From Caecitellus pseudoparvulus (lineage: Eukaryota; Protista; Bigyra: Bicosoecida), in the NCBI GenBank assembly GCA_965644315.1, contig CBFFRQ010000015.1, positions 1-64,000 of the forward strand: a stretch of DNA of 64,000 nt, written 5' to 3'. The notes beneath the pieces are model-generated. The model had not been told where the DNA came from. It did no database searches and was given only the letters and a program-made list of their open reading frames with translations. Both the position numbers and the translations under genes were made by a program. Within the stretch, counting starts at the first letter, position 1. The number at the start of each line of letters is the position of its first letter. Positions 58,473 to 64,000 of the stretch are shown one piece after another.

Positions 58473-61400
58473 ATGGGCGGGGGTGCGTTCTGTCTACCTT
58501 TGTGTTTCAGAGGTTTGATAGCTTTTTCTTCAAGCTTCAGACCTCCAAGGCGTCTCTGCCTCCGGCACTGCAGCCTGGCAAACGGAGGCGCTTGGTGTGT
58601 CGCAGCGACACCCAGCACCAACTCCGCGAACGGCGTGCATTTTGCCACTCTTCTGACAGCACCCAGGCGTATTTCTCCTGCGCAGGCCCCCCACCTCCTC
58701 CTCCCTCGACGGGGGGGCGCAAGTTGTCCCCCACCCCTACCATGGGGCCTCCTCCCATGGGAAAGCGAAGATCCACGCTGAAGTCTGGCAGCAGCCTTAC
58801 TCAAGGGTTGCCCTCTGTGCCGCCACCACCATCAGGAGGAGCTCGAAAAGTCGGCCCACCTCCAGTGGGTGGACCGAAGACCCCACCACGCTCGACGGCG
58901 CCTGTGCCACCGCCTCCACCCTCCAAGGCTGCCCCGCCTCCCCCAAGGCAGGGTGCTGAGGACAGCAAGCCAGCCGCCCCGCCCCCGGCCGCCCGAGCGC
59001 CCCCTCGGCCAAACCAAGACCCCCCACCAGCGCCTTCCCCTGCGTCTGCTGTCGACAAGGTCCCCCCTCTCCCAGGCACAAGCGCACCTGGCAGGCCGGC
59101 GCCTCCGCGCAAAGGTCCCCCCCCGCTGCGGAAGTCCACAGCTGTGCCGCCACCTGGCAAGCCTGGCGCGACAGCGACGAAGGGGAAGCGTCCACCCCCG
59201 TCGCCCAAGCGGTCCAGTCCCATCGCAACCCAGCGGTCGCCGTCCCCTACGAAGCTTGCCAAAGGGCGGCGTCCGAGCATTCGAGTGGCGGGGGGGTCCA
59301 GGCCGCCGCCACCCCGCACACCGTCCCGAGCATCGTCACAGGGAAGCCTGAGGGCGACTCCAGAACACGGCGACCGCCCCTCAAGCCCAGTGCGGTCCTT
59401 GCCCTCGTCTAGCGGGGGCAAAGGGGTGGTTGACCCGCAGGGTGAGAGCCGTACGCCGCCCCCCAAGTCAGCCTCGCCAAAGCCTGGCTCACCGAAATCT
59501 GGTTCGCCAAAGGCTGGGTCTCCAAAGTCCTCCTCACCTGCCAGTCAGTCAGACACTGGAACAGGTCCCCCCAAGGCGCCACCAGCCCCGAAGAGCAGCC
59601 CTAAGCCGCCTCTCCAGCCAGGTCCTGCCGCGTCTGGCGGCAGTGGCAAGTCACGCCGGGTGTCGTGGACACAGAGAGTAGCTCCAGGCGGCACAGACAC
59701 GGGGTCGCTGTCTGGGATGGAGGAGCCAGCAAAGACCACGATCAGCAACATCAGCATGGTCACCTCCCCCACCCCGTCCCCCACCGGCGGCGACACTGCC
59801 CCAGACTCGCCACGAGCAGTCTCCGTGACGAACGTGGCGAGCGGGATGCGCGACCCACCAGCCACCCTGTCCCCCACTCGCTCCTCTAGCGCCAAACCTG
59901 CCAAGCGTGCAAAGAGCGGGAAAAAGAAGAAGCTGAAGAAGAAGAAGAGCTCCAGGGGGCTGCGTTCCGGGGGGGATGGCGAGTCAGAGGATATGGAAAG
60001 CCAGGGCAGTTTCTTGCGCGACCAGCAAGCGGAGGAGGAGGAATTCCAAGCCATGGTGGAGGCGGAACAAGCGGAGATGGCCCACCTCATGGAAGTGCAG
60101 GCCGCCGCTTCTGCTGCGCTGGCCATGAAACGCGCAACGCTGTACGGGGAGACGGTGCCGGGCTCGAAGGATGAGGACTATGCGCTGCTGCAGCAGATGA
60201 CGTTGGCCGGGATGGACCCACTGACTGCGGCGAGCATTCTGCAGACCCGGCGTGCCACTTTGGAGCGCAGCAAGGAGGCAGGCAAGAGGGGGGGGGCTGA
60301 GAAGGCTTCGCCTGGCCCGGAGCCGCCCAAGCCTTCCCGCTCGGAGGAGAAAGTGGACAAGCCACCCCCCGTGTACAAGGCAGGGCAGACAAGCCAGGCA
60401 GGTCCCCGCCACAAAACCATGCGAAAGGACTCACCTGCAAGCTCTGCGAGTCATGCAGAAGGCAACACAAAGCAGGATCAGCCTGCAGACTCGGCAGCAC
60501 GGCAGAAGGCTCTGGACAGCATTCGGGCTGCAAAGTCCGCACACCCTGACCGGGGTATGAGCCACAGGGGGGGGCTGGTGGCCCCAGTGGAGAGCTCAGG
60601 CAGCGCGTTCGGGCGGCCCGCCGCATCGGGCGGCAAGCAAGGCAGGGTCACGCCAGGCCAAGAGTCACACAGTGAGGGTGGGCGCATGGCTCCTCCAGCG
60701 CGGGACGAAACGGCCGCCTCGCCACGGGCAGGGGAGTCCAGCGGTGCCTACCGACCGCTGCCAACACGTGCATACGCACATCAGGCTGCCAGCCACACAG
60801 ACATAGACGAAGCGTTCAGTAGCTTGCAAGCCTCCATCGCAGGAGTGGATGCGTTGCGGGCGCAGGTGCTGCAGCGACTTGCTGGGCGGCCTTCGACCGC
60901 GGCCAACGCCACCGTGGGACGAGGTGGTGCTGCCCCGAAGCTATCTGCACACGCGTATGCAGTTCCACAAGGTGGGCAAGTGGCACGTCAGGCTGGAGGG
61001 GGGGGTGGCAGGGTGCCGCCACCTGGCATGTCCCCTCACGGCGCAGTGCCACCTGCCATGGTGCTGATCACAGAAGGGGGCAGAGGCAGCGCCTCCCAGT
61101 CCACCGTTGTGCACATTGGTGCGACGGGCATCTCGGCGGAAGCACAGGCTACACTGCAGCGCCTGGCGGAGGACAAGGCTGCTGGGCGCCTGGGAGCGGT
61201 GCCGAAAGGGTGGGCAGGTGCTGTGCCCACCTCGTCTGTGGCTTCCGGGCGGCACGTGAAGCAGACAGAGGCGCAAGGCGTGCACGGTCCTCAGCCTCAG
61301 GAGACACCCACATCCCCCCCTCCACCGCGCGACATGGCTCCAGCACAGACGCCCACCCCGGCAGCCTCGGCCTCTCCGGAACACCAAAATGGCGCAGCGC

Positions 61401-63358
61401 CCACGGCTCCCGCACCCACCTCACCTCCAACACCTGCCGCCCCTGCCGCAGCTCAGAAGCAGAGCAGTGCGCCCAGTCCTGGGAAGCTCCCAGTGCCTCC
61501 GCAGCCTAAGCCACAGCAGCACGTGGCAGGTGGTGTCTTGGGCAAGGCCGGGGGGCGCAGCTGCCGAGTTCCGGCGGCAAGAGGCAAGCCGCCGGGCATG
61601 TCCCCCCCACACAAGCCCAGTAAAGGCCTGCACGCAGGCAAACGGGAGGTGCCTGCAGCTCCTCAGGCGTCCAGGATGGTTGGCGCCCCGACAAGCCCAA
61701 GCAGGGGCCGGAGTCCTTCTCGGGGCTTCGGCCGCAGCGGCAGCCCACGAAGCAAGGCGTTTGAGCAGGGCACCGGCCCAGCTCCCACAGCAAGGCAAGT
61801 GGCAAAGTCAAAAGCGCAAGCAGACATCGCAGCTGTAGCTGCCGTTGCACAAGCGGTGTCTGGTAGCGCTGTGCAGGTGGCGCTGCGTCGCTGCAGTCTA
61901 GTGCAGGAGGAGCTGCTGGTGCTGCAGGCGGCTGACGAGCGCCTCGCGGCACTGCAGCAGTCTGCGCACTCTGCAGCCAGCGCCCTCGCAGCCCGCAAGG
62001 CTGAGCTGGTGGCCCTGGCAGAGGAGGCTGAACGGCACGTGGCCCAGCAAGAGGCGGTCGTGCGTGAGGGTGGGGCACAGGCCGCCGCTGCGCTGGAGGC
62101 GGCAGCTGGGCAGGCTCGGCGTGACCTGGAGGAGACGGCTGATGCTCAAGCGCTTCTCATTTTGCAGCGGACGCAGGGCCGCGCCAATGCTGACAAGCGG
62201 TCCCTGGTCACGCTGCTGGAGACGGCCAATGCTCTGCACAAAGCAGCAGATGAGACGCAGGGCGCGCAGGCCGCACACGCGGCACAGCAGGGGCGGGTCA
62301 TGTCCGAAGCTCTGCGCCAGAGCGTTGAGGAGAGCAAGGCGGCTTGGCAGGCTGGGGAAGCCGACTTGGCCGCCCTGGCCGCACGCATTGAACAGGCGTA
62401 TGCTGGACACGCCCGGGCTGTGCAGCAGTTGTCTGGCGTTGGGAAGAAGCTTAAGCAGCAGCTGACTCGTGCCGAGTCGGCTGAAGCAGCCACAGCAGCT
62501 CACGCAGACGAAGTGCGCCAGCTCAAGGCGCGTATCGCGACAACTGAGCGACTCGTCGCGGAGTCACTTCAGACGTCCATGCTGTCAGGCTCTGAGGTGG
62601 CAGGCGGTGCAACCTTTGCTGCTGCTGCTGCTGCTGCTTCCTCCGTTAGTGAAGGGTCGCTTCTGGGAAGTGAATCTTCAGACAGTGTCAGTGTGGAGGG
62701 GGAGGGGGCTGCCGACCTGGAGCGCATGCGGCAGCTGCTGACCCAGGCCGCTGCAGATGCTTTGGCCAGCCCCCAGGCCGGGGGCATTCCTCCAGGTGCA
62801 TCATCGACGCACGGCCGTGCTGCTGAGAACACTTCGCCTGGATCTGCGGAGGAGGAGGACGCTGAAGCCGATTTGTTCCATACATTCAGTGCCCTTGTGG
62901 CAGAGCACCTGACTACAACTGCTGCTGAGGCCATCTCGCGAGGAGAGACGCCTCCGGCCGCACAAGGGGGGCGCCTGCAATTGGCAGCACACGATGTGCC
63001 CCCAAAGTCTCAGGCGCTGTGGGATGCGAGCCTGGGCCCGCCAGACCCGCTCCCCAGCGACACTGAGCACCTGTCAGGCCTGACCATGCGCCAACTGCAG
63101 GCCGCCCGGAAATCCGTCGCTGGGCGTTTGCGAGCCGCTGAAGCCAGCCTCGGGCATGCACAACGCATGGCTGCGCGCAGGGGCATGCTGCCGTGGCGGC
63201 CTGGATCTTCGCGTCGACTGGGGGCCGCTGGCACGGCATCCAGGGGGGGAGCGGTCGCCAAGGCGACGGCGGCTTTGGAGCTCCAAGCCGCCCAGGCCAC
63301 GTGCTTGGCCTTGGAAGATGAGCTGGCTGAGATCGTGGCTGAGATGGGCAGGCGCTGA
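58473..63358 (+). CDS. Gene A': proline-rich / coiled-coil protein, diverged paralog of gene A
   Basis: A 10-nt first exon (58473-58482) and intron 58483-58685 give MGGGPPPPPP. It shares motifs with A, such as LQASIAGVDALRAQVLQR, HIG...LAEDKAAGRL and RIEQAYAGHARAVQQLS. Confidence 0.8.
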
Positions 63359-63417
63359 GAGCTAGCCTGCGTGCAGCGCGACAGGACAGCAATGCATTCA
63401 TGTGCGCTTGGCAGGGG

Positions 63418-63891
63418 TCACTTGCGGCCACCCTTCTTGCGGCGCCGGCGAGCCGCCTTGCCACCTGACGCTGGGGGCATGTCCGAGTCGTCAGCTCCTG
63501 TCCCTGCCGAGCTGCTTCCGGCAGCAGTCACTGTGGCCGCCTCTGCCTCGTGGCCTTCTCCGTCAGAGCCACTCTCCTCCTCGTCCATGATGAAGCCCGT
63601 GGTGGTGTCGTACTCGGACTCCTCGTCAGAGCCCACCTCGGCCAGTTGCTGCTGAAGTGCACTCAAGTGTGCCTGGGGGTCAAGGGGCATCCCCCGCTCA
63701 TCAAAACCCAGTTCACGCAACTTGGCATTCTCCGCGTCAATTTCCGCTTGCGACTTGCGAGTTGGTGCCATGCTCACTGCCATGCCAATCAACACCGTGG
63801 CGACAACAACAAGCAACACAGCTGGAGACCAAGGCCCGAAGGTGTCCAGGAGCCACCCGATGCCTGCATCTATGTACTCGTCAGGGGTCAT
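63418..63891 (-). CDS. Small single-pass membrane protein of unknown function (~157 aa)
   Basis: MTPDEYID..., a hydrophobic AVLLVVVATVLIGMAVSM segment, an acidic linker and a basic C-terminus ARRRRKKGGRK. Confidence 0.65.
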   Translation of the reverse strand: MTPDEYIDAGIGWLLDTFGPWSPAVLLVVVATVLIGMAVSMAPTRKSQAEIDAENAKLRELGFDERGMPLDPQAHLSALQQQLAEVGSDEESEYDTTTGFIMDEEESGSDGEGHEAEAATVTAAGSSSAGTGADDSDMPPASGGKAARRRRKKGGRK

Positions 63892-64000
63892 TGTGGGAGG
63901 AGCCGATTCAGAGAGCCCTCGCTGCTTCAGCCTTGAGCAACACTGGCTTGGGGAACCTAGCCTCACAGTGGGGCCTCAACCGCGTGGCCAACGCTTGCTG

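Noticed and set aside
60490-60545. WH2-like motif (ARQKALDSIRAAKS) in A', and a formin call for A/A'
   Set aside because: It lacks the LKKT-type segment and is not conserved in A. No FH2 domain is seen.
1-64000. tRNA, rRNA or other ncRNA genes
   Set aside because: None recognised by eye. tRNAscan-SE or Infernal would be needed to exclude them.

Overview
GC-rich, gene-dense eukaryotic DNA, probably from a unicellular protist (taxon not provable from the sequence). It has short GT-AG introns (donors often GTGCGT/GTGAGT) and intergenic gaps of about 50-450 bp. (1) Bases ~1-6813 are a CACTA/CMC-type DNA transposon: a Plavaka-like DDE transposase broken by two frameshifts, a divergent spliced accessory gene, and CTAG-rich subterminal repeats at both ends. 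(2) Bases 7041-34795 hold ordinary genes: NPC1/Patched-family transporter, CaMK-type kinase, hnRNP-L/PTB-like RRM protein, Sfi1-like protein, PH-like protein, coiled-coil protein, two tandem OSCA/TMEM63 channels and YJU2. (3) Bases 34883-63358 form a mirror-symmetric 28.5-kb locus, A(-) B(-) [443-bp spacer] B'(+) A'(+). The outer genes A and A' are old, diverged proline-rich/coiled-coil paralogs. The inner genes B and B' (~2,500 aa, alpha-2-macroglobulin-like by inference) are near-identical inverted repeats, introns included. Their identity runs from 12 bp before the ATG to exactly the stop codon, except for two discrete, completely different in-frame cassettes, one of which sits where an A2M bait region would be. 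This palindrome with exchangeable variable cassettes is the best candidate for an undescribed system. Family assignments come from motif recognition only; no searches were run.
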